64,000 bases of DNA from Podarcis vaucheri. Taxonomy: Eukaryota. The stretch is from NCBI GenBank assembly GCA_965113315.1, contig OZ220364.1; one strand, written 5' to 3'. The position numbers and the translations under genes are program-made. Below the pieces are notes generated by a model that did no database searches, was not told the origin of the DNA, and worked only from the letters and a program-made list of their open reading frames with translations. Positions 48,801-60,800 of this stretch are shown here, piece by piece (within the stretch, counting starts at the first letter, position 1; each line of letters starts with the position of its first letter).

Positions 48801-51800
48801 GTGTTTGCAGTCCATTGCATTTAGTATAAATGTACATAAAGAAAAGACTTGCCTTTAACACTCATACTCTACACAGACTGCAAACGGAGAACTGACAACT
48901 TGTTTTTAACCATGTGATGAAGTCATGTTGTGTTTAGCTGGCTTTTGCCCAGTAATTTAGTATGAACTGCAGAAACAAAAGGTTCCCTGCAATAACTTCT
49001 GAGCTGTCAAGTGTTGTCCAGTTACTGTCCACTAGAGTCCTGGTTTCGTGGAGCATAAATTTGCATTTGTAAGCAGCATGCATGTCTTCTGATTCTCATC
49101 GATGTTTTCTCTGTAAATTTAAGTGGAAAGGCATTTGGATGGTTTGCCCAGAATGTTAAGATCCAGTAATGTTAATATCTAGTGGTGTTTTAATCCAAAG
49201 TCCTAATGGGGAATTTTCCTTCTTAAAGATGACAATAGGAAGCAATCTCAAGTTAAACTGGGCTCTGCTGCTGACTTCCTGTTAGACATTAATGAGACTG
49301 ATCTTAGCCTCTTGACAGCCAGTATTAAAGCCCCATCTGGCCGAGATGAACCTTGTCTTCTGAAAAGGCTACCCAATAACCACATTGGTAAGTCTTAATC
49401 ACCTTCTAGGGAGGCTGGTGTATTGGTTGTGTGGTGCTGGCAGGGTGGTCTTGGGGAAGCTTGTGAGCCTGCGCCACAATTGGAAACGAATAATACTTTT
49501 AATTTGTGGGTAGAGTGGGATTTTGATGCCACAAATAATATTTAATGCCAGCTATCTTCCAGGGACGCGGGTGGCACTGTGGGTTAAACCACAGAGCCTA
49601 GGACTTGCCGATCAGAAGGTCGGTGGTTCGAATCCCCGTGATGGGGTGAGCTCCCGCTGCTCGGTTCCTTCTCCTGCCAACCTAGCAGTTCGAAAGCACG
49701 TCAAAGTGCAAGTAGATAAATAGGTACCGCTCCGGCGGGAAGGTAAACGGTGTTTCCATGCTCTGCTCTGGTTCGCCAGAAGCAGCTTAGTCATGCTGGC
49801 CACATGACCCGGAAGCTGTACGCCGGCTCCCTCGGCCAATAAAGCGAGATGAGCACCGCAACCCCAGAGTCGGCCACGACTGGACCTAATGGTCAGGGGT
49901 CCCTTTACCTTTACCTGTCTTCCAGTTCTGTATTGTGATTTGACAGTGTGTGTGGAGGGAGGGGGGCAAAAAGATAAAGTGGGAAGTTACAAATTTGTCT
50001 CGCTGCTAACCTCTGTCTGGCAGGTATCTCATTCATTCCACGGGAGGTGGGAGAGCACCTGGTCAGTATTATGAAGAATGGGAGCCATGTCCCCAACAGT
50101 CCGGTGTCCATTATGGTGGTCCAGTCTGAGATTGGTGATGCGAGCAGAGCAAGGGTTTCTGGACGTGGCTTAGTCGAAGGACGCACGTTTGAAATGTGTG
50201 ACTTCATTGTAGATACAAGAGATGCAGGTCAGTACTGGGATTCCTGGGCTGCCAGAGGGTATTGAAGGGATGCCTGTGGGCCGCGGGTTGCCCACCTGTG
50301 ATGTGGTTGATCTGTTGTTGTTCTGAGTCTCAGTTGTCCGACCATCACAGCAACTGAGCAGAGCAAAATTGTAAATTGTGGTTGCCATGATGTAGAACAG
50401 GTTTGTATGCTCTGTCAATTTGCTAATTTATATAGGTTAAAACTCACAGCTCTATACCACAAGCAGCATATCAAGCAAAATCCCATATGTGACCATGAGT
50501 TGAAACAGCTGGCTCACTTGTAATGGTTAATATACAATTGATATACTGCAAAAGACTGCAATCCATAAAGCCGTCCATCAAGATTTAGGCAGTGCTCATT
50601 GGAGCTCTTTACAACCGCTTGCACTCATCCCAGCTGCTTTCTTTTCTAGGTTATGGTGGGATATCGTTGGCAGTTGAAGGACCTAGCAAAGTAGATATCC
50701 AGACAGAAGATCTAGAGGATGGAACTTGCAGAGTTTCATACTTTCCAACTGTACCTGGTGTCTACATAGTATCTACTAAGTTTGCTGATGAGCACATCCC
50801 AGGTAAGAGAAAAGGAGCCTACGTAAGCGAGCCATTGCTGGTCCACTTCCCCATCAGCGCTGACCTCTTGTAATAAGTGCAGAGTCTATAGGACACTATC
50901 TAGGCTTCCCACCAGGGCTTTCATGTTCTGAAAATGCCTGAAGAAGCTTGACTGCTAAATTTTGGAAGGCAGGATAATAAACCTCTTGCGCACCTTGAAG
51001 GTGTTTTTGTTTGAGGGGTTGTCTCCTGCTGCAGTGTAACACTTATCTCTTCGTTACTCAAACTAGAATATTGGTTTGGTACAGGTGACTGTCAGCGTAC
51101 ATGGGGGTTGCATTCTAGGGTGTAGCTTGCAAAGCCAAAATCACATATAGTCAAAATACATTGGGGTCATAGGTGGGTGGGATTGCCAAAGCCTTTTTCT
51201 CCCTGGACACCTGCCCCGCCTTTAATTTGTTTAAAATTCGCAAAGCATGTAAAGCTGAATGTGTGTAAATAGCAAGTTAATCTGTGTAGGAAGATGGGGC
51301 TTCCTTGATGGTCATCACTGATAAGTCTCATGCTTAATGTGCTTAGTTAACAATGCAGTGGTCCAGCCTTCCTCCTGGGAAAGAATTCTAAGTGGAAATA
51401 ACTATTAGTAGATGATATGTTACTTTATTGCCTGTGAAAGTCTTTATGCTTCCTGTACTGATAGATGGAACTCAATGTTGTTTGTCTCTACTAACTACAG
51501 GGAGCCCATTTACTGTGAAAATCAGTGGTGAAGGAAGGGTGAAGGAAAGCATTACACGTACTCGGCGGGCTCCTTCTGTGGCCACGGTTGGAAGCTTGTG
51601 TGATCTTAACTTAAAAATTCCAGGTAAGTTAGTTCTACTAATACATTTACTGTTTTGGAAACCATAAACCAATAAGTCATTGAATCTTCTGGGCATTCTT
51701 TGCAATCAGATTTAAAAATGGAATGTTATCCAACTAATCTGTTTCTTCTGTTATCCTGATCTTCTAGAGATCAGGGAAGCATTCTTATTTAGATTGGGGC

Positions 51801-54800
51801 TTTGCATGGTAGGACTCACACCCATTTCTTCCTAGGCCCCATGAAGCGGCAGTGGCATTTAAATTTTGCTTTCCAGCACATCACCCACTGACTCAGTTCT
51901 CATAACAAGTGACCTGGTTCACATGTAATGCTAAGCCAAACCTGGACTTAAGGTGAATGCACAGGCTATTCAAAATGATATCATTATTTTTGCCTCTTAG
52001 ACCTTCTTCCTGCTGCTATTCTACCCGAGTCTAAGCCACAATTTGACTTAGCACATGGCTGAACCCAGATTTGTTTTATTAACCAAGGTTTTTTCCTGGT
52101 TTCACAGCTTATGGTTTGTCTAGAGGAAACAAACCATGAGCTTGAGTTTAGGCTACATGTTAAGCCAAACCATGGCTTAACTTACTGTAGCACAGCAGTA
52201 CTCGATGAAGAACAATACGCCCAAAATTTCTGTTCTGGGAATTCATGCTATGTGTGAAGTACGGGTGTTAGGATGATCTCAGAAGGTTGTACTTGAGTCA
52301 CTGTAATGCTTGAGTTACCTTCAGCCGTGTTTTTGGAAGGGTAGGAGCGCAGTTGCTGCTATAGAGATCTGTATCATGTGGATCTAACTGGGGGAGACAC
52401 ATAAAATAATTGGCTGGTTAAAGAATAACTGCTATCCTGCTCATAGAATGCACTAATATACAGAATATATTCAGCATGCCGCTTCAGTTTAATATGTATT
52501 CTGACGTCTGTTTCTGTCTCTTTCTCTGCTGCTCTAATCAATCTTGGTCTTCCTGTCTTCTGTTCCTTTCTTTCCCCCTATTGCCTTCTCATAGTTACAT
52601 GGTTCCAAATGGCTATATGTCTGGAGAGATTGTCCCGTGTTTCACACCAGTTCATTCCCACTTTCCTGTGTGTTGAGCAGAAGGAAAACTGCCAGACTCA
52701 ATTGAGGGAATCTTGGTGTCCTAGTTTCACAAAAAAATCAGCCAACATCAGACAACAATGTTTCCAATCAGTCCTTCTATGGGATCTACAGATGTATTAC
52801 ATACCTGGCTCCTTAGGGGTAGTGGGTACGTTGTAGTACTGAGGTTGTTCTATAACTGTATTACATACTTCAATAAAATTTGCTTTAAGGCGCAATGCAT
52901 GGCAAGTAAGCAGCAAAAGTATTTGTTACGAAGACCTGTAACAAACCCTCAGTCAGTAATGGAGTTTGTGCCCCTCCAGATATTGTTGAATTCCAATTCC
53001 TACCAGTTCTCAGAATGGGTGATGTTCACTGCACTAAACCCAACTCTGTTCCCAAATAAAATTAGTTTCTTTCTTGCTTCCTTTCTCCTTTCCTTTCCTT
53101 TCCTTTCCTTTCTGAGAACTTCAAAGAACTTCAAAGCACAACCCCTCCTGGACATATTTGTCTGTAACTTGGTAGATTTGATCTGCTCTGTTGTGGGGGG
53201 AGTCTATTATGCCTGCAAATTCTGTCCTCTTCTGTCAACAGGAAAAGGTCGGGGTTTTTTTTACTTCCCAGTAGTTATTGGCATGGGGGATGAAGTGGAC
53301 TTAAGTTGGGTGATTCAATTCTTGATTCATTTGTCAAGTGCTTCAGAAAGCGGCAGACTGCTTTCTGAATTGAGAGATTCTCTTGTTTGAGAGATTCTAT
53401 AGCTTCAAAAATGGATGGTGGGGACTCAAAGAGCAATGTATTGATTTCTCATTACCAGCTGCAAGCTCTCTTAACTCTGCTTTCTGCAGTCTGGAGACAC
53501 CATGACTTGCTTGTCAAGGGTGGTGGGTGACAAAATAATTGGATTTGTGAAGATTCTTGGTTTTTGAGCTGAACTGATAAGTATGTGCTCGTCCCTTATA
53601 TATATCTGACACTCTGCATGCACAGGTGAATGCTTGGTATGCACTCACTTAATTGTCAGTTATGATTTGCTGGTTGCAGTTCTGGGAAGTTGAGTTCCAT
53701 CAGGTTCCCAGCAAATGTCTGCAGGTAAAAATGTTTTGGTGTATGATCTGTAGATGAATGTGCACTCAAGGGCCACTTTGCATGTAATGTTTGAGGGCAT
53801 TTCAAACATCTGAAAGCAGCTGCCTTTGGAACTTCCAATAGACCCCAAGAACCTCAGTTGTATAGTCAACTAAACTTGGTGACTGGGTTTCCTATGGGGA
53901 AGGTTTCAAAACAACTGAAATACTGGGGAGCTCTGCCCTCGTACACTGGGCATTGTGTGACAGAGTAAGATGTTTAGAAACCGGATCTACCTGCTCCCCA
54001 TTAATGGTCAGCTCCTTTCCCTTTTTTTTAGAAATCGACATTGGTGACATGTCAGCTCGGGTTACTAGTCCATCTGGGAGAATGACAGATGCAGAAATAG
54101 TAGAGCATGATAAAAACACATACTGTGTCCGCTTTGTACCACAAGAAATGGGGGTCCATAATGTTGATGTGAAATACAGAGGACAGCATGTGCCAGGCAG
54201 TCCATTCCAGTTTACCGTTGGGCCGCTTGGTGAAGGAGGGGCCAATAAGGTTAGAGCTGGCGGTCCAGGACTTGAAAGAGCAGAGGCAGGCATCCCAGGT
54301 AAGACCTTCACTAAATTTCATCTGAATACATGGGCATGGGTCTAAGGGCCTTGCAGTGAGAGGGGACTATAGCTGTAATCTTGGAACAGGGTGCTTACAC
54401 CTTGTAACACTAGAGCACATTTCTGGAAGCCTAGTGACCCTGCCTTGTGTTGCAGAGCCCCATATCACAAAGGGATTGGAGGGTCACTTGCCTGCTTCTA
54501 ATTCCTGCATGGTTGTTGTTGTTAACAGCTGAGTTCAGCATCTGGACAAGGGAAGCTGGAGCTGGAGGTCTTTCCATTGCAGTAGAAGGACCAAGTAAGG
54601 CAGAAATTGCTTTTGAAGACCATAAAGATGGATCGTGTGGTGTATTATACACTGCTCAAGAGCCTGGTATGGATATCTTAAGCATTAGCAAGTTGAAATG
54701 AAGCAAAACACCACAAAAACAATTCCTCCTTGCTTAGCAAAGTTCTTATTTCTTCCAGGTAACTACGAGGTGTCCATCAAATTCAACGATGAGCATATTC

Positions 54801-57800
54801 CGGAAAGCCCTTACCTGGTTCCTGTGATTGCTCCTTCCGATGATGCTCGTAGGCTCACTGTTATGAGCCTTCAGGTGAGACATAAGGAAGCATCTCCCAT
54901 AGCCTACCACAAGCTGATACCATCCTTGTGCTCAAGCTCCTTAAAATTATTACTTGCTCACTAGCTACACTTCTTCAGAGGAAATCCCTTGGCAAGCATG
55001 TAGGCCTTCCAAGTTAGGAAACAGCATCTGAAAAGGGGTGACTCTTTCCTAGTACTATTCAGCTAAGGAACAACTATGGCCTCCATTCTCCCCGCACAGT
55101 GGCACTAAGCAGTTCTATAAACCTTGCTGTTAATTTTCTCACAAGGTTTGTCTGTGTGACAGCGTTCAGCAATGAAGCAATGCTAAGTGGGGTAAGTTGG
55201 CTTGCATGATGGCATGCTGACAAGGCAGTTAGGCTAACATGCAACATTTCTGCTTGGCGTATGCTCCCAGAATGCACATGGTTGAACAAATGAGGCTCTG
55301 GGGTGAGCACAGAGCAGTAATTCACACATGTGCAGATGTTGCAAAACCACAAGCTTGTACTTTAAAGGATTCTTAAACAGCAGCCAAAGTCTGAGTGGAT
55401 TCCAGACTTCTAGTGGCTTGAGTTTGTACATAGTCCTGACTTTTTCGTGGTGTGCATCTAGCAACATTTTTAAGTGACTGTCTTTAATCTAAAATAAGAA
55501 GCCTGGAAGTTTCAGATTGAGCGTCATGCAGCCCATGATGTGTAGATTTGCTGCAGCTTGAGGCAGCAGTATTGGTTAAATTGCACTGCTTTTCAGAACT
55601 ATGGTTTTATAGACTGACATTTGGTGTAACTTTCTAGCCAGAGCTGAACTTTAAAACAAGGAGTTACAAGGACGGTAATTAGCTGCTGTGGTACTGATGT
55701 TTTTCTTGTGTTTCATTTAAAGACTCTTGACAGAATGTGTGGTGTCAGCTGACTTAAACCCTGAAGAGGGAAATACAACTGATATTATTATTATTTTTTT
55801 GGGGGGGGAGGAGTAATCTTTTTACAAAAGATTCTTTTGGCACTCCATAAAAAACTTCCTTGGTGTATTTTAGCTGCCTGTTTCAGTTTATTTCTCTCTT
55901 GAGGATAAAACTGTTAAGTTGACATTAAGGTAAGCTCTGCACTGAAAGCAAAAGCGCAGCATTCCAGCGACCCTCCCCCCCGATGGAACTTCAATTTTCC
56001 AGTGGCTGGGGGCGGGAATCACACATGCATAACACCAGGAGAATGTTTTTTTTGTATGCGTGGTGACCGCTACTGGGGAGCAGGTGTGCATTGATATATA
56101 CTTTTGGTCCCACCTTTGCTGGCATGTTAACAGAAATCTCCAAAACGTTGTATTTGTTGGCATGGGGTGGAACATGCTTTGCTTAATCAGAAAGCTCCAG
56201 GCTTAATTGTCGGTGCAATATGGAAATTTGTTTTTGGCAGCATATTAATGAGTTAGCTACACAATTAGGAAAAGAGATTTCAAGTGATTTTGGGAGTATG
56301 GCAAAGCAAATTCAGCCCAGACAACCATAAAGATTTGGGCAGCGCAAGCATTTTGTTTTAAAGCTAATGCATTTGATGATTTTGGGGCTGGCATCCTACA
56401 TTTGTAGCAAAATGATGACCTTGCATACTTATAGTCAGACCAGAAAAAAGTGTGTGGGTAGACAAACTTAACCAAGCCCACACTTTGGGAATGCATTGTA
56501 CTGCTGTTGAGGAATATAATTATTTGTTAATAATAAATAATAATAATATAATTTTATTTATACCCTGCTCTCCCTGGCCAGAACCGGGATCAGGGCGGCT
56601 AACACCAATCAAAATTACAATAAAACATAATGGGGGGGGGACAGTTAATTAAAATACGGGTTAAAATACCATTTAAAATGCTGCCTCATTTTAGTAGTAG
56701 CCCATAAATCAAAACTATAAGGGGAGGGACACATAAGGGTCAGACTGAGTCCAAACCAAAGGCCAGGCGGAACAGCTCTGTCTTGCAGGCCCTGCGGAAA
56801 GATGTCAAGTCCCGCAGGGCTCTAGTCTCTTGTGACAGAGCGTTCCACCAAGTCGGGGCCAGTACTGAAAAGGCCCTGGCCCAAGTTGAGACCAATCTAA
56901 CCACCTTGCAGCTCAGGACCTCTAAAGTGTTGTTATTTGTGGACCTTAAGGTCCTCTGCGGGGCATACCAGGAGAAAAGATCGCATCACTTAGTGGTATC
57001 TGGAACCCTCAGAACTAGGAAGTTAAAAATAAAAAATATTCCTAGTTTTAAGACATGAGAATACCCAGTTGAGAAGAGCATAACATATAGCAGGGTTAGG
57101 GGTGCTTGTGTCCTTGTCAGACACATTTTTGTAAATAGTGAGACTGATAACGTTTTTCCACGGCCATAACTTCTGTGATGCAATAACTTTACATTTGCAA
57201 ATGTGGTACAGGGCTACCACGTGTCAAATATTGGTTCTGTGTTAGACAAAATATGCAAAGCTGCTGCTATATTTCGGAGACAGTAAAGGACCGAACTGTT
57301 ATATATTCCTTGCAAGCCAAATGTCAATATGTATGTGAGGATCTTACTATTGCGTTGTTAGGAGTCTGGGTTGAAGGTTAACCAGCCAGCATCCTTCGCT
57401 ATAAGGCTTAACGGGGCAAAGGGCAAGATTGACGCTAAAGTGCATAGCCCAATTGGAGCTGTAGAAGAATGCCATGTTTCTGAACTGGAGCAAGGTAAGG
57501 ATGTGTCGTAAACTTGGTACTCAAAACTGCTTTAAATATGTAAACAGTCAAAATGGTTGTAAGAATTAAACAGGAGGTGGCCATTTCAGTTCATGCCAGT
57601 ATAGAAACATGTTCAACAGTGCTTGGATGCTTATTGTACAAAGGACTGTGTTCCACAAAGGAGTTTAGTACTACTTCCTTGGTGGTAAAAGGAAAAAAGG
57701 AAGTACTGAACAAAATACTTCCGCATAACCCATTTTAAGGCTAATTGGCATGTGCACTTTACCACAACCCCAGTTGTTGTTTGTTTGTGCAGAGAGGAAG

Positions 57801-60800
57801 TCCTCCTGTGAACAGAGGTGTGCATGAGGTTGCAAGTGCTAATAGCTCAGTTGAATGGCTGCATGTGCATCTTTCTGCATAGTAGAGAGATTGCTTCACA
57901 ACTTTTAGCCGAATTGTGGACCAAGGAAAAGTTATAATCCTACATAGGGCAGGTACATGTAGATCAGGCTTCCTCAGCCTCGGCCCTCCAGATGTTTTGA
58001 GACTACAGTTCCCATCATCCTTGACCACTGGTCCTGTTAGCTAGGGATCATGGGAGTTGTAGGCCAAAAAACATCTGGAGGGCCGAGGTTGAGAAAGCCT
58101 GCTGTAGATATTCCAACTCTAGCTACCTGAAATGGCTCCTGTCTTTCCATCCTGCCCTATACATTTTCGTTAACTCTTTCTCCCTTCATCCTTCACTTTT
58201 GAAAATACACAGCATACCCGTAGGCTGATTCCAACAGGGTCTCATCTGATGCTGGTGCCAATTTGTTTAAATTGGCCTTACATTTTTGATAGCCATTTCT
58301 AGCTACTTTTAACCATGCAGATCTACCATTCTAGTATTCTATGTTTCCCAGACAGTTTTCAGACTAGCCACTGATGAAAAGGAACAAGCTATACTCAATT
58401 GTGCTATAATTATAATATTTGCTGTAGAATAAAGAATTGCAGTTTTCTACCAGTGCAAGCGGATAACCATTTTGCAGCATGCTGGTGGTTAAAGCAATAA
58501 GAACGGATTTTAAAGTGACAGCTCCAACTCCTGTGCATGTTCTCCACATGAGGATTGCATTTCACAGGCTTTGCTTCTCCTCAGGCATGTTCCATGTGCC
58601 ACCTTCCCATGGCCCAGGCATGGCAGTCATAGAAATAGTTTTAGATGCTGTGTGCTCTGCTTTTTAACATCAAGTTCTCAACCTACATTTATGATGATTT
58701 GCCTGTATATGTATTGCAGATAAATACGCTGTTCGGTTCATCCCTCGTGAAAACGGCATTCATTCTATTGATGTGAAGTTCAACGGTAGCCATGTGGTAG
58801 GCAGTCCTTTTAAAGTTAGAGTCGGTGAACCAGGTCAAGCAGATAGCCCAGCTCTTGTCACCGCCTACGGGCCAGGCCTTGAGAGTGGCGTAACAGGTGA
58901 GAGGTTTCCTCTTTCTGCGTTAGAATTCTGAAAAATAGGGTGGTCTTGACCCAGAGATTGCCTTTGTCTCATTAGCTAACACTCTTCTCTCCGATGTGCA
59001 CAGTAGGGCTATACCTTTCATAGGCTCAGCCAATATGTTTCAAAATGGGTGGTGGTCTCGGTTCATTTCAGTTAAACAGGGAAAAGCTAATATTCAAGAA
59101 AATGCAGAAATGGATGCTGAACTGATTTGAACAATTCAGTTTAGCAGTTTATCACACCGTCGCATCTTTCCTGACCATTGGTCATGTTGGCTGGGGTTGT
59201 CGGGAGTTCCACAACATCAGTTGGGGGGGGGGACACACAGGCTCTCCATCTCTGGCCTGTGTAGTTTTCAGTGGGTCACATGGGAGTAGTGCCTGTTTAT
59301 ATCTCCTGAGGCCCTTGAAGGGAGAAATTAAGTGAAATTCGATAGACGAGTTCGATGAAATTCGACAGAGGAGTACCAGTAACATACCCATTCGGCAGCG
59401 TTGATGCTTAACATTTTGGGTTGGGTCCTTGCTATTGATCAAGCCGTAATGGATTCCACACAGCCAAACATTACTTACTGATGGTCTGGCTGCACTTAGG
59501 ACTCAGCTATACAACTGCAAATAAAACATTTTAAGTGTAACACTAGATGGTAATGGTGACCCTTTTGGAAAATTAAATGTATTTTAAAAAACGCTTTAAA
59601 GGAAAGCATTTTCAGAACGTTTTATATGCGTGTAGATTCCACCTTAGAAGAAGCATTCATCAGGGTTTTGTTTTGCTTTTTGCTTGTCTTCGCACACTTG
59701 CCCAGGCATCCCCAACCTTTGGCCCTCCAAGTGTTTTGGACTACAATTCCCATCATCCCTGACCACTGGTCCTGTTAGCTAGGGATCATGGGAGTTGTAG
59801 GCCAAAACATCTGGAGGGCCGCAGGTTGGGGGTACCTGCACTTGCCTGTGCAGCAGCATGGGAAAGTGTGAAATTTGTGATCGCAAGGCATCAAAGAAAG
59901 GGCTGCTTTTATTAGGAGGTGGGACAAGTTTTTTCTAAATCTTTTGGAGTATTTGCTTTTTTGATGGATTAGTGGTCGTGACTCACTTTGGGTATTTCTT
60001 GAGAAAGTGGTCTTTTTATTATTATTAAAAATAATACACAATTTGCAATGGCAGATTGTTGCAGGATGGGAGGCTGTATCCATGACATATACTTGGCAAA
60101 CAAGATTGCTGCATGAAAGTGTGACGTGACAAATGGTTAGTCTTGGAACCCATGCTTCCTATTTCTCCTTTGCTTTCCAGGGTTACAATCGGCATTTACC
60201 ATAGACACCACCAAAGCAGGCCCTGGAACCCTTGCTGTTACAATCGAGGGGCCGTCAAAGGTGAAAATGGATTGTCAAGAAGCTCTGGAGGGCTACCATG
60301 TAATGTACACACCTATGGCCCCAGGGAACTACTTAATTGGAATTAAATACGGAGGGCCCAATCACATAGCCGGCAGCCCTTTCAAAGCAAAAGTGACAGG
60401 TAAGACTTATGAGCCAGTATTACCTACCTGGTTGTGTTCTCAGCGGGAGGGTGGGTGCAGAGAGATGGACTTTCCCAAGGTGGCACAGTGTCTTTGACTT
60501 GACTGGCATCTAGTTGACGGTAGCCATTGAGCTCTTTCACTTAGCAGCAGGGGTACTGCCACACTGTTTAAACTGTGCTCTGGTTATCTTGCTCTGTAGG
60601 CCAGCGGCTGGTTAGCCCAGGTGTGTCCAATGAAACATCCTCCATCATGGTGGAATCTGTGACCAGGTCAACAACGGATACCTGCTATAGTGCCATTCCC
60701 AGATCGTCATCTGATGCAAGCAGAGTGATCTCCACGGGAGCAGGGCTCTCTAGAGCTTTCGTGGGCCAGAAAAACACATTTTCTGTCGACTGCAGCAAAG

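Noticed and set aside
49562-49640. tRNA-like A/B boxes (also at about 1250, 35150, 41520 and 63700)
   Set aside because: These are SINE heads and form no complete cloverleaf.
52758-53390. 210-aa ORF in intron 38
   Set aside because: It runs through a (TTTCC)n microsatellite and has no recognisable domain. The meaningful frame here is the one starting at 52595.
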